From: a bacterium
GTDB lineage: Bacteria; SAR324; XYD2-FULL-50-16; G965216635
Direction: 5' to 3'
Assembly (NCBI GenBank): GCA_965216635.1
Contig: OZ244188.1
Location: 2,112,001-2,176,000, forward strand
DNA: 64,000 bases
The notes beneath the pieces are model-generated. The model worked only from the letters and a program-made list of their open reading frames with translations, had not been told where the DNA came from and made no database searches. The translations under genes and the position numbers were made by a program. Below, one piece after another: positions 39,196 to 49,510 of this stretch. The first letter of the stretch is position 1. Every line of letters starts with the position of its first letter.

Positions 39196-39807
39196 ATGAA
39201 AAAAGCAACCGATAAGTTCTTAAAAGTAAAACATCTTTTTAAAGAGCAAGTAAATTTTGTAACTTATCTAGTGAATAAATTTGGAAAACAAGGTGTGCAA
39301 ATCATTAAAGTTATCAAGCTAATATTTTTAATAGATGTCTATACTTTAAGGAATTATGGCAGATTATTAAGTAATGATAGATACTATGCTTTTGAAAAGG
39401 GTCCTGTTGCTTCTACAATAGATAATATAATGGAGAAAAAAAAAGAATATTTAGAAAACCAAACAGATATAGAATATGTAGAATATTTTTTAAAAACCCA
39501 AAGTGAAAAAATCACATCTTATTCTAAAATTCTTGCAATTAGAAAAGCTGATGAATATTATCTATTAGAAATAGGTAAAAAAATTACAGATAAAATTTTT
39601 GATCTATACGGCAATAAAAGTCATAATGAATTAATAAACTTAACCCATAAATTTAGTGCTTGGAAGAAACACAAAACTACATTGGAGACTGCCGTTCGTG
39701 TTGATATGAATATAGAAGATTTATTGATCAATGATGGCAATGATAACCATTTGAAAGTAACAAACAAAAAATTAGCATCTGCAAAAAGAATGTATGCCTA
39801 CTACTAA
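39196..39807 (+). CDS. Panacea-domain (SocA/DUF4065) antitoxin-like protein
   Basis: IKLIFLID...RNYGRLLSNDRYYAFEKGPV...ELINLTHKFSAW. Confidence 0.8.
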   Translation: MKKATDKFLKVKHLFKEQVNFVTYLVNKFGKQGVQIIKVIKLIFLIDVYTLRNYGRLLSNDRYYAFEKGPVASTIDNIMEKKKEYLENQTDIEYVEYFLKTQSEKITSYSKILAIRKADEYYLLEIGKKITDKIFDLYGNKSHNELINLTHKFSAWKKHKTTLETAVRVDMNIEDLLINDGNDNHLKVTNKKLASAKRMYAYY

Positions 39808-39852
39808 TGATATTGGTTTAAAAATGGAGTTAAATCGTGATTGAAAAACTTA

Positions 39853-39914
39853 AAGCACTATAGTATTTTGAAGAAAAAAGTAAAAGTGATGCGAAGAAAA
39901 AAATCCGCAAAAGA
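39853..39914 (+). repeat. Degenerate duplicate of the topA 3' end
   Basis: Gapless match to 38995-39056 (46/62 identical, offset 858); AL*YFEEKSKSDAKKKIRKR* versus ALQYIEEKNKSENKKQFRKRKQ*. Confidence 0.75.
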
Positions 39915-39923
39915 TAAATAATT

Positions 39924-41033
39924 ATGACCATACTAAACCCCAAAGAAGTATCCGCTCTTTTAAAAGATATAGAACCAGATTACCCAAAGTCTAGCACTGG
40001 TAAGGAGGATTTTGGTACGACTGATTTTCATAAACCAAGAAAAACACAAAACTTTTCCAAAGCCCAAACTGCCAGAGAATATTCAGAAAAACCACAAAAA
40101 GCATCCCTTCTAAAAACAAACAAAACAGGTAACCCCTCAAAGCCATTTGTTCCTCCTCAATTCAAACCAAAAAATGATTTTCAGCAAACAAAAATCTTTG
40201 AAAATATTTATCCCGCGTTAGAAGCAGTCCTTGCCAAATTGATTTCTTTTCTACAAATAACAATTTCTGAATTTTCTAAAAAAGAAACTAAAATTGTCTA
40301 CCAGTCTGTAATTCGCACAAGGTTTAAAGATTTCGCCCTTCCCGAAGATGCTATAATCAATGCCTACCAGTTAGAGCCTATAAATAATTTTGTCTTTTTT
40401 AGCGTAGAAACTTTATTTTTAGAGACCCTGTTTCAGGCAAAAGTGATGCTGGCAAAAACGCAAAACTCCTCTGAATTATCGTCTAAAAAAATTAAGGAAT
40501 TGCATAAAACATTTCATAAAGATTTTTTTTTAAAATGTGAAAAAAATTGGAATCAAGCTTGGAATCATCTTTATCCTATCCAGTGTCAATACACACATAG
40601 TTTTACAAAAAAAGATTTTTATAAGGTTGTCTCCAAAAGAGTTTATGGGTTACATTTTCTTTTTTGGGTTTATTTAAACAAAAAAAAACACTCCTTTTCC
40701 GTCTCTTTCCACGACAAATTAGTCTCGCAGCTAACGCGAGATAGACATAGCTTAAATTCACTACTTCCTTTGCAAACAAGAAAAAAATTATTTATGCAAA
40801 ATATTTTTCAGAAGAAAGTGCAAGCACAAATTCTACTCGGAGGCTATAAAGTATCTTTACAAGAATTGATTGCTTTAGAAGAAGGTGATACCATCTTGAC
40901 AGAATACAAACAAGGAGAGGCTATTTTATTTGTTGTGGAGGGTAGTGTGAAGTTTTCAGGGCAATTTTTTTCTTACCAAGACAAGAAGGCAGTTAAATTA
41001 GTGAAATCTTTAGAACCGCCGCAAGATGTCTAA
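39924..41033 (+). CDS. Diverged FliM-like protein with C-terminal SpoA domain
   Basis: N-terminal ILNPKEVSALL (FliM ILSQxEIDALL-like), DFHKPR, C-terminal LQELIALEEGDTI...KFSG...KKAVK. Confidence 0.65.
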   Translation: MTILNPKEVSALLKDIEPDYPKSSTGKEDFGTTDFHKPRKTQNFSKAQTAREYSEKPQKASLLKTNKTGNPSKPFVPPQFKPKNDFQQTKIFENIYPALEAVLAKLISFLQITISEFSKKETKIVYQSVIRTRFKDFALPEDAIINAYQLEPINNFVFFSVETLFLETLFQAKVMLAKTQNSSELSSKKIKELHKTFHKDFFLKCEKNWNQAWNHLYPIQCQYTHSFTKKDFYKVVSKRVYGLHFLFWVYLNKKKHSFSVSFHDKLVSQLTRDRHSLNSLLPLQTRKKLFMQNIFQKKVQAQILLGGYKVSLQELIALEEGDTILTEYKQGEAILFVVEGSVKFSGQFFSYQDKKAVKLVKSLEPPQDV

Positions 41034-41061
41034 AACAGGAGAATAAAAAAGACAACTAAAT

Positions 41062-41796
41062 ATGTTAGAAGCAAAAAATTTAGAAAAATTTTACCGTGAA
41101 AAACATGTAGTTAAAAAAGTATCGCTGCAGGTAAAACCCGGTCAAATTGTAGGTTTATTAGGGAGTAACGGAGCAGGGAAAACGACTACCTTTTATATGG
41201 TGATGGGATTAATTACGCCAAATCAAGGACAGGTTTTTTTGAATGCTACAGATATAACAAAAAAACCCATTCACAAAAGAGCCAGAATGGGTATAGGCTA
41301 TATACCGCAAGAAACTTCTATTTTTGAAAAATTGAGTGTAGAAGACAACATTATAGGAGTGTTACAATTTTATATGTCCTCAAAAAAAAAAATCGCACAA
41401 AGATGCACAGAATTATTAGAAGAATTAGGATTAGAAAATCTCCGCAAATCGCTTGCTATTAGTTTGTCTGGAGGCGAAAAAAAAAGATTGGAAATTGCGA
41501 GAGCAATGGTGAATAATCCTCAAATTATTTTAATGGACGAACCATTTGCAGGAGTAGACCCAATTGCTATTGAAGCCGTTCATAAATTGATGTACTCACT
41601 AGTAAAAAAAAATATAGGTATTTTGATTACAGACCACAATGCAAAAGAAATTTTACGTATTGTAGATAAAGTTTTTTTGATGAATAATGGAGAAATTCTC
41701 ACTGAAGGCACTCCAGAAACGATTGTTAAGCACTCGCTAGCAAAAAAATATTATTTTGGTAGTCATTTTTCTTCCGATGAACAAAGAGAGGTTTGA
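41062..41796 (+). CDS. lptB: LPS export ABC transporter ATP-binding protein
   Basis: GSNGAGKTTTFYM, HKRARMGIGYIPQE, DEPFAGVDPI and LITDHN. Confidence 0.95.
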   Translation: MLEAKNLEKFYREKHVVKKVSLQVKPGQIVGLLGSNGAGKTTTFYMVMGLITPNQGQVFLNATDITKKPIHKRARMGIGYIPQETSIFEKLSVEDNIIGVLQFYMSSKKKIAQRCTELLEELGLENLRKSLAISLSGGEKKRLEIARAMVNNPQIILMDEPFAGVDPIAIEAVHKLMYSLVKKNIGILITDHNAKEILRIVDKVFLMNNGEILTEGTPETIVKHSLAKKYYFGSHFSSDEQREV

Positions 41797-42050
41797 GTTA
41801 GGATTAAAACAAAGGTCTCAATTAAAAAATTAAAATGCCAAATAAACTAAATCTTTAAATTTAGCTAATGTGACGTTTTTGTTTTAAACTTCAGACAGAT
41901 TATTGCCAAAGTGCTTGATCTCACTTTGGCAGTTCGCTTTTGCCAAAGCCTGTATTGGCGTAAAAGCAATAAGCTTGTTGGCTAAACAGCTAGTTTTGGC
42001 TAAACAGCTTGTTTTGGCTAAACAGAATGCAAATGCAAAAGTCTATAAAT

Positions 42051-43073
42051 ATGAAATTAAACATAGCCTTGGTAGGAGCCAGCGGTGCTGTTGGTACAGA
42101 GTTCTTAAAACTTTTTGAATTGAGGAACTTTCCCATCAAAAATTTAAAACTTTTATCTTCGGCGCGTTCAGCAGGCAAGTCTATTTCTTTTATGGGAGAA
42201 AAACTTATTTTAGAAAAACTTAACCCACAATCATTTAAAAACATAGACCTAGCTTTTTTTTCTGCAGGAACAGAAAGAAGTTTAGATTTCGCTCCCAAAG
42301 CTGTAGAAAGTGGCGCTTTAGTAATAGATAATTCTAGCGCTTTTCGCCTAGACGAAAAAGTTCCCTTAATCGTGCCGAGTTGCAACATACAAGAAGCTAA
42401 AAAAAATCAAGGCATTATAGCCAACCCTAACTGCTCCACCATTCAACTTGTAGAGGCTTTAAAACCCATCCACGATTTTGCAGGCATCAATAGAGTAGTG
42501 GTATCCACCTATCAAGCCGTTTCTGGTTCAGGGGTGAAGGCTATCCAAGAACTCAAAGGGCAAATCCAAGATTACGCAAACGGTAAAGAACTTACCGCTA
42601 CAATTTATCCTTTACCTATTTTGATGAATGCGATTCCGCAAGTAGACAAATTTTTAGAAGGAGGCTATACTAAAGAAGAGATGAAAATGGTTTTTGAAAC
42701 CCGTAAAATTTTGAATACTCCAAAAATGAGAATTACAGCCACCTGTGTTAGACTTCCCATTTTAAGATCCCATTCAGAATCTATTTTAATAGAAACAGAA
42801 AAAAAATTGATGCCAACAGAAGCAGTAGAAATTTGGGAAAAGGCTGGTTTAAAAGTTATCAACAAAGAAGAAGCTGGAGGATATCCAACGCCCAAAGAAA
42901 TCACAGAAACCTTTTTTACCTACATAGGTAGAGTTCGCGAAGATTTATCTAGTGAAAATGGTCTTTGTTTTTGGTGTGTAGCAGACCAGCTTTATAAAGG
43001 AGCAGCACTCAATGCGATAGAGATAGCAGAAGAATATTTTTTTCCTAAAAAATCAGAACCTATTTTTGAATAA
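42051..43073 (+). CDS. asd: Aspartate-semialdehyde dehydrogenase
   Basis: VGASGAVG, IDNSSAFR, ANPNCSTIQ and KGAALNA. Start set to ATG 42051. Confidence 0.95.
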   Translation: MKLNIALVGASGAVGTEFLKLFELRNFPIKNLKLLSSARSAGKSISFMGEKLILEKLNPQSFKNIDLAFFSAGTERSLDFAPKAVESGALVIDNSSAFRLDEKVPLIVPSCNIQEAKKNQGIIANPNCSTIQLVEALKPIHDFAGINRVVVSTYQAVSGSGVKAIQELKGQIQDYANGKELTATIYPLPILMNAIPQVDKFLEGGYTKEEMKMVFETRKILNTPKMRITATCVRLPILRSHSESILIETEKKLMPTEAVEIWEKAGLKVINKEEAGGYPTPKEITETFFTYIGRVREDLSSENGLCFWCVADQLYKGAALNAIEIAEEYFFPKKSEPIFE

Positions 43074-43075
43074 GT

Positions 43076-43672
43076 ATGACTAGAATAATATCCTTTAAAA
43101 AAGGCAAACAAGAGCTACTTAAAAAAAAACAAAGTTCTAGTTTAAAAACAACTACTAAAAAGCAAACTGTCACTCAGAAACTAAAGACTGAAAAATTTAA
43201 AAACAAAACAGCCAAGTCAGAAATGGGAATTTTAGTTTGGCTTTATTGTCCTCATTGTAAAACTCTGCAATATACAGAATCTCAAGCTCCCTACGGCAGA
43301 AGGCACAAATGCGGTGTAGATATTATGGAAATAGAAGTGCCATTAGATTTAACTGCCGAAAACACCATCTGCTTAAAAAATTTAAGTATTTTGGAAGAAC
43401 TCCAGCAGCAGATTGAAGAAAAAAAAGAAAAAGGAGCAAATGATATTCTAAAACGAGTATTAGAACACTGTAGAAAAGAGGAATTATCTATGATGGAAAA
43501 GCTGAAAAATATTTCTAAAAACAAAAAATGTTTATCCTATTCTTGGGAAGATAAAAAAAAACTCCCCATAGCTAATATCAATCCACTTGGGCTTTATCTT
43601 TCCGAATTTCGTTTTAAACCCGAAATTAGATTTAAAATTTTTGGCATAGATATAGACAACAACACAGAATAG
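43076..43672 (+). CDS. Hypothetical protein with a CxxC...HxC putative zinc site
   Basis: WLYCPHCKTLQY...RRHKCG; starts 2 bp after asd. Confidence 0.65.
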   Translation: MTRIISFKKGKQELLKKKQSSSLKTTTKKQTVTQKLKTEKFKNKTAKSEMGILVWLYCPHCKTLQYTESQAPYGRRHKCGVDIMEIEVPLDLTAENTICLKNLSILEELQQQIEEKKEKGANDILKRVLEHCRKEELSMMEKLKNISKNKKCLSYSWEDKKKLPIANINPLGLYLSEFRFKPEIRFKIFGIDIDNNTE

Positions 43673-43689
43673 CAGTTTGAGATTTTTGC

Positions 43690-43898
43690 CTAACCAAATA
43701 AGACAAGCCAAATAAGACAAAACCGAGTAGGACAAAGCTAACAAATAAGACAAAACCAAATAGGACAAAGCCAACAAATAAGACAAAACCAAATAGGACA
43801 AAGCCAACAAATAAGACAAAACCAAATAGGACAAAGCCAACAAATAAGACAAAACCAAATAGGACAAAACCAACAAATAAGACAAAACCAAATAGGAC
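43690..43898. repeat. 33-bp VNTR (~6 copies)
   Basis: ACAAATAAGACAAAACCAAATAGGACAAAGCCA. Confidence 0.9.
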
Positions 43899-44045
43899 AC
43901 AAAAAGAAAAAAATATTCCCTGCAGTTTTCTCAAAGAACTTCTTACAAAAAATATTCCCTACAATTTCCTCAAAGAACTTCTTCAAAAACATCCCCAGCA
44001 GTTTTCTCAAAAAACAAATACATTGCAGGGGACATTTTTTTTGCT

Positions 44046-44170
44046 GAATTAGACATTCTAGTTCGGCTATGCGGCGTTAAAAAAAAATTTTAACTCTTGA
44101 AATATTACATATATTCCAGCGAGCTAAAATTTTTTTTTTGTCTTGCCTAGCCTTCCTATAATGCCTAATT
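44046..44170. repeat. ERIC-like element in the OMP spacer (second copy at 47585-47709)
   Basis: AATTAGACATTCTAG...CTATAATGCCTAATT, same TIR family as 386-506. Confidence 0.8.
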
Positions 44171-44285
44171 TTATTTGTGGGACGGGTTTTTAAAAAACAT
44201 CCCCTACAGGTTTTTAAAAAAACGCTCTTAACGAAAGCGCCCTTAAAAAAAGCTCCCTTATGATAGGCATTTTCCAGAAGCTTCC

Positions 44286-45647
44286 TTAACGAAAGCGCCA
44301 GATGAAATTTATGCTAATGGTAGCGGGGTTTTTGATTTCTGCAGTTTGGTGGTGTTGTTCGCTCACAGTTTTTGTAGTGCTTGTAGTCGTTGTTGTGATC
44401 GCTTTACTGGGAATCGTTGCAGTAACCACTATTCTAGTATCGTAGGGATTGGTATTACCAGAAAGAGCAAATCCTTGGATTGCATTGTAGTCATTTTCAT
44501 TATTATTACCACCTACCCGAACCAGACCAACAATGGCTCTCCTTTGGAAAGTAGCACCAGTAGTTAGAGGAAGAGTAGTAGTAGTCGTAGGAGTAGTCGT
44601 AGGAGTAGAATTAATGATCTGGGTATCCTGCACCGCAAGATCCAGCCCTAGCCAAAATAAACCTACCTGAATCTGCAAGTTTTTTGTAATGGCTCGGTTG
44701 TAGCCAAAATGCAAGGCGGGTGCTGTACCTGATGCCGAGCCAAAAGAAGTGTCTAGCTTTGCGCTCGCTAAACCACCTCCTACAGAAAAACCGTAGGGTA
44801 GAAAGTAACGGGCTAAAAGCACTTGGGCTTGCAGCTTGTCGTCTCCTGCGCTCCATTGGAGTTGGTTGAAAGACAAGGAGTATTTTTCAAAGTTAAAACC
44901 AAACGAGATTCCTGTTCCCTTGAGTTTTGAGGTTTCTTCTGTGGTTTTGTCTGGTAGTTTTGTTGTGTCTTCTGAGGTGTTTGTCATTGGATCAGAGGGA
45001 GATAAAGCTGACTCAAAAAAAGCTCTACAAAGAGGAGCTGCCGCAGCTTGACCCGTTGCTCCAGAGTCAATGGTTGTTGGTGTTGTATCTATTAAGAGTT
45101 GCCTTAGACCATCTAGATCACCTGTGAAGTTGTCCGTTGTGGCGTAGTTTATTAAATAGATGGTATCTCTCCCTACCCCAATATTACCTCTACGATCGGT
45201 GGGTTCTATATCCGTTGTGGGTGTTTTACCTTCCTTACACAAGGATATAGCAGCTGCTATTGCCGTATTAGCAACTGCTAGGGCACTACTGCCTCCAGCA
45301 AATTGATTCATGTGGCGGTCATCTGAAGCAAAGTTAGGCACAGTGGCGTGGTAGCTAGTAGCACCTACATCCTCGCTTACTAATTCGCTTACTTCCGTCC
45401 TTTCCTCACCTGTTATCCTGCTTGTTTTTTTGAGTTTTACATCCATCACAAAAGGACTAACACCAACAAACCAACCCTGCTGTCTTGCTTGGTTTACTTC
45501 TTGGGCTTGCAGATTTCCAACGTTTGTATAGAAAAACAAAAAAGCAGCTGTAAATATTATAAGGGGCAAAACAACCGATTTCAATATTAGAGGCAAAACA
45601 ACCGACTTCAATACAAACAAGTTCAATTTAATATTTATAGATTTCAT
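44286..45647 (-). CDS. Variable outer-membrane beta-barrel protein, array copy 4 (leader type I)
   Basis: Signal peptide; conserved QGWFVGVSPFVMDVKLKK; conserved ~110-aa barrel core; C-terminus ATISINFIWRFR. Confidence 0.8.
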   Translation of the reverse strand: MKSINIKLNLFVLKSVVLPLILKSVVLPLIIFTAAFLFFYTNVGNLQAQEVNQARQQGWFVGVSPFVMDVKLKKTSRITGEERTEVSELVSEDVGATSYHATVPNFASDDRHMNQFAGGSSALAVANTAIAAAISLCKEGKTPTTDIEPTDRRGNIGVGRDTIYLINYATTDNFTGDLDGLRQLLIDTTPTTIDSGATGQAAAAPLCRAFFESALSPSDPMTNTSEDTTKLPDKTTEETSKLKGTGISFGFNFEKYSLSFNQLQWSAGDDKLQAQVLLARYFLPYGFSVGGGLASAKLDTSFGSASGTAPALHFGYNRAITKNLQIQVGLFWLGLDLAVQDTQIINSTPTTTPTTTTTLPLTTGATFQRRAIVGLVRVGGNNNENDYNAIQGFALSGNTNPYDTRIVVTATIPSKAITTTTTSTTKTVSEQHHQTAEIKNPATISINFIWRFR

Positions 45648-45922
45648 ATTTTTTTGTAGTTAAAAAGTGAAACTAGATAAAAGATACCAGAAAAAAAAAG
45701 AAAAAACCAAATAAAAAAACAAATGCCTTGCAAGGGACATTTTTTTTGCTCCAAATGGTTGACTAAGCAACCATTTTGGATAAAAATGTGTCCCCGCAAA
45801 AATACCTTCTTCTTTAAGAACGGGGACACATTTTTTGCAAAGCAAAAAAAATGTCCCCTGCAGGTTGGGGAAAAAAAACATCCCCTACAGGTTTTTAAAA
45901 AAACGCTCTTAACGAAAGTGCC

Positions 45923-47290
45923 CTAAAAAAAACGCCAGATGAAATTTATGCTAATGGTGGCGGGATTTTTGATTTCTGCGGTTTGGTGGTGCTCCCTGGT
46001 CACAGTCTTTTTAGTGCTTGTAGTCGTTGTTCTGTTCACTCCACTGGGAATCGTTGCAGTAACCACTATTCTAGTATCGAAGGGATTGATATTAACAAAA
46101 CCAGCAAATCCTTGGAGTGCCCTATAGTCATTTGTCGTTACTGGACCACCTGTCCGCGACAGACCAACGATGGCTCTCCTTTGGAAAGTAGGAGCAGTAG
46201 TAGTTATAGGAGTAGAAATAGTAGTCGCAGAAGGAGTGAACTGGGTATCCTGCACTGCAAGATCTAGCCCTAGCCAAAATAAACCTACCTGAATCTGCAA
46301 GTTTTTTGTAATGGCTCGGTTGTAGGCAAAATGCAAGGCGGGGGCTGTACCCGATGCCGAGCCAAAAGAAGTGCCTAGCTTTGCGCTCGCTAAACCCCCT
46401 CCTACAGAAAAACCGTAGGGTAGAAAGTAACGGGCTAAAAGTACTTGGGCTTGCAGCTTGTCGTCTCCTGCGCTCCATTGGAGTTGGTTGAAAGACAAGG
46501 AGTATTTTTCAAAGTTAAAACCAAACGAGATTCCTGTTCCTTTGAGTTTTGAGGTTTCTTCTGTGTTTTCTGATAGGTCTTTTGTAGTGTCTGAGCCTGG
46601 TCCTTCCACTGTATCAGAGGGATCTAAACCTGAAGCAAAAAAAGTTTTACAAAAAGGAACTGCTACATCTTGGGACGCTGTGCTAGTGTCAATGGTTGTT
46701 GCTGGTGTGTTTTCTAAGAGTTGGCTTAGACCACTTGTTAAGTCTGTTGTTTCGTTGTAGCTTATTAAATAGATGATATCTGGCGTCTGGATTACGCCAT
46801 TAAAAAGATCTCCTTCCGTTATTATGGGTATTGCACCGCTCTGACACAAGGATATAGCATCTGCTATTGCCGCATTAGCAACTGCTAGGGAGGCTAAACC
46901 AAATTGATTCATGTGGCGGTCATCTGAAGCAAAATTAGGCACAGTGGCTTCGTATCTAATAGCATTTGCATCAAAAACACCTACCTCCTCAGTTATTCTT
47001 TCGCTTACTTGTGTCCTTTCCTCACTTGTTATCCTGCTTGTTTTTTTGAGTTTCACATCCATCACAAAAGGACTAACACCCACAAACCAACCCTGCTGTC
47101 TCTCCTGTGCCTGTAAATTTCCTACCCCTCCTACAAGAGAAAAAAGCAAACCTACTAAAAACACACCCATAACCGAGCCCGCAAACAAACCCTTAACAGA
47201 GCCAATAACCGAACCAGCAAACCTACTCTTAAACGAGCCCCTATTAGTAAAATTTTTACCAGTAATTTTATTTGTAATTTTATTTGACAT
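45923..47290 (-). CDS. Variable outer-membrane beta-barrel protein, array copy 3 (leader type II)
   Basis: Same conserved blocks; ends IWRFF. Confidence 0.8.
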   Translation of the reverse strand: MSNKITNKITGKNFTNRGSFKSRFAGSVIGSVKGLFAGSVMGVFLVGLLFSLVGGVGNLQAQERQQGWFVGVSPFVMDVKLKKTSRITSEERTQVSERITEEVGVFDANAIRYEATVPNFASDDRHMNQFGLASLAVANAAIADAISLCQSGAIPIITEGDLFNGVIQTPDIIYLISYNETTDLTSGLSQLLENTPATTIDTSTASQDVAVPFCKTFFASGLDPSDTVEGPGSDTTKDLSENTEETSKLKGTGISFGFNFEKYSLSFNQLQWSAGDDKLQAQVLLARYFLPYGFSVGGGLASAKLGTSFGSASGTAPALHFAYNRAITKNLQIQVGLFWLGLDLAVQDTQFTPSATTISTPITTTAPTFQRRAIVGLSRTGGPVTTNDYRALQGFAGFVNINPFDTRIVVTATIPSGVNRTTTTSTKKTVTREHHQTAEIKNPATISINFIWRFF

Positions 47291-47317
47291 TTTGTTTTTT
47301 AATTTAAATTAAACATA

Positions 47318-47460
47318 AGAAAATATAGATCTAAAATCTATCTAAAAACCTTATAATATTATAATTCTCCTTTAAAGTCAATACTAAAAAAAAGAAAATA
47401 TAGATCTAAAATCTATCTAAAAACCTTATATTATTATAATTCTCCTTTAAAGTCAACACT
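47318..47460 (-). promoter_or_regulatory. Two tandem 75-bp promoter units
   Basis: TTGACT-17 nt-TA(T/A)TAT in each copy, with downstream TAGAT-N5-ATCTA inverted repeat. Confidence 0.7.
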
Positions 47461-47824
47461 CAAAAAACAATAAACCCAAATAAAAAAATAAATGCATTGC
47501 AAGGGACATTTTTTTACAAAGTAAAAATGTGTCCCCGTTCTTAAATAAGATGTATTTGTGGAATGCGGGGACACATTTTTTGCTGAATTAGACATTCTAG
47601 TTCGGCTATGCGGCGTTAAAAAAAAATTTTAACTCTTGAAATATCACATATATTCCAGCGAGCTAAAATTTTTTTTTTGTCTTGCCTAGCCTTCCTATAA
47701 TGCCTAATTTTATTTGTGGGACGGGTTTTTAAAAAACATCCCCTACAGGTTTTTAAAAAAACACTCTTAACAAAGACGCCCTTAAAAAAAGCTCCCTTAT
47801 GATAGGCATTTTCCAGAAGCTTCC

Positions 47825-49129
47825 TTAACGAAAACGCCAGATGAAATTTATGCTAATGGTGGCGGGGTTTTTGATTTCTGCGGTTTGGTGGTGGGTTTCG
47901 CTCACAGTTTTTGTAGTGCTGGTAGTCGTTGTTCTGTTCACTCCACTGGGAATCGTTGCAGTAACCACTATTCTAGTATCGTAGGGATTGACACCAGCAG
48001 AACCAGCAAATCCTTGGAGTGCCTTATAGTCATTTGCCGTTACTGGACCACCTGCCCGCGACAGACCAACGATGGCTCTCCTTTGGAAAGTAGGAGCAGT
48101 AGTAGTTATAGGAGTAGAAATAGTAGTCGCAGAAGGAGTGAACTGGGTATCCTGCACTGCAAGATCCAGCCCTAGCCAAAATAAACCTACCTGAATCTGC
48201 AAGTTTTTTGTAATGGCTCGGTTGTAGCCAAAATGCAAGGCGGGTGCTGTACCTGATGCCGATCCAAAAACTGTCCCTAGCTTTGCGCTCGCTAAACCAC
48301 CTCCTACAGAAAGACCGTAGGGTAGAAAGTAACGGGCTAAAAGCACTTGGGCTTGCAGCTTGTCGCCTCCTGCGCTCCATTGGAGTTGGTTGAAAGACAA
48401 GGAGTATTTTTCAAAGTTAAAACCAAACGAGATTCCTGTTCCCTTGAGTTTTGAGGTTTCTTCTGTGGGTTTGTCTGGTAGTTTTGTTGTGTCTTCTGAT
48501 GTGTTTGTCACTGGAGCAGAGGGAGATAAAGCTGACTCAAAAAAAGTTTCACAATGGGGAGCTGCTGCAGCTTGATCTGTTGTGCTAATGCTAATGTTTG
48601 TTGCTAGTGTATTTTCTAAGAGTTGCCTTAAATCAGCTAGATCATCTACTAAGTTGTCCGTTGTGGTGTAGCTTACTAAATAGATGGTGTCTTGGACGGA
48701 GGAACCCGTATCTGCTATCACTGTGGGGATTTCTCCATTACTACACAAGGATATAGCAGATGCTATTGCCGAATTGGCAACTGCCAGGGTTTCTAATTGA
48801 AGAGTGTGGCGGGGATCTAAATGAAAGTTAGGCACAGTGGCTTCGTAGCTAATAGCATTCGCATCAAAAACACCTACATCCTCGCTTACTAATTCGCTTA
48901 CTTCCGTCCTTTCCTCACCTGTTATCCTGCTTGTTTTTTTGAGCTTCACATCCATCACAAAAGGACTAACACCCACAAACCAACCCTGCTGTCTTGCTTG
49001 TTTTCCTTCTTGGGCTTGCAGATTTCCAACGTTTGTATAGAAAAACAAAAAAGCAGCTGTAAATATTATAAGGGGCAAAACAACCGACTTCAATACAAAC
49101 AAGTTCAATTTAATATTTATAGATTTCAT
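47825..49129 (-). CDS. Variable outer-membrane beta-barrel protein, array copy 2 (leader type I)
   Basis: Same conserved blocks. Confidence 0.8.
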   Translation of the reverse strand: MKSINIKLNLFVLKSVVLPLIIFTAAFLFFYTNVGNLQAQEGKQARQQGWFVGVSPFVMDVKLKKTSRITGEERTEVSELVSEDVGVFDANAISYEATVPNFHLDPRHTLQLETLAVANSAIASAISLCSNGEIPTVIADTGSSVQDTIYLVSYTTTDNLVDDLADLRQLLENTLATNISISTTDQAAAAPHCETFFESALSPSAPVTNTSEDTTKLPDKPTEETSKLKGTGISFGFNFEKYSLSFNQLQWSAGGDKLQAQVLLARYFLPYGLSVGGGLASAKLGTVFGSASGTAPALHFGYNRAITKNLQIQVGLFWLGLDLAVQDTQFTPSATTISTPITTTAPTFQRRAIVGLSRAGGPVTANDYKALQGFAGSAGVNPYDTRIVVTATIPSGVNRTTTTSTTKTVSETHHQTAEIKNPATISINFIWRFR

Positions 49130-49182
49130 ATTTTTTTGTAGTTAAAAAGTTAATATTAATAAAAAGAATAGAAAAAACAGCC

Positions 49183-49248
49183 AATATAGATCTAAAATCT
49201 ATCTAAAAAACCATATAATAATCAAATTCTCCTTTAAAGTCAACACTC
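49183..49248 (-). promoter_or_regulatory. Single copy of the OMP promoter unit
   Basis: TTGACT (49243-49238)-17 nt-TATTAT. Confidence 0.65.
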
Positions 49249-49510
49249 AAAAAACAATAAACCCAAATAAATGCATTGCAGAGGACATTTTTTTACAAAG
49301 TAAAAAAAATGTCCCCTGCAGGTTGGGGAAAAAAAACATCCCCTACAGAAATAATTGAAAAAAAAATGTCCCCTTCAGGTTGGGGAAAAAAAATGTCCCC
49401 TTCAGGTTTTTAAAAAAACGCTCTTAACGAAAGTGCCCTAAAAAAAACACTCTTAACAAAGACGCCCTTAAAAAAAGCTCCCTTATGATAGGCATTTTCC
49501 AGAAGCTTCC

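Noticed and set aside
43532..44010. Three overlapping low-complexity ORFs (LSYLV/FGFVL/CPIWF repeats)
   Set aside because: Artefacts of a stop-free 33-bp VNTR.
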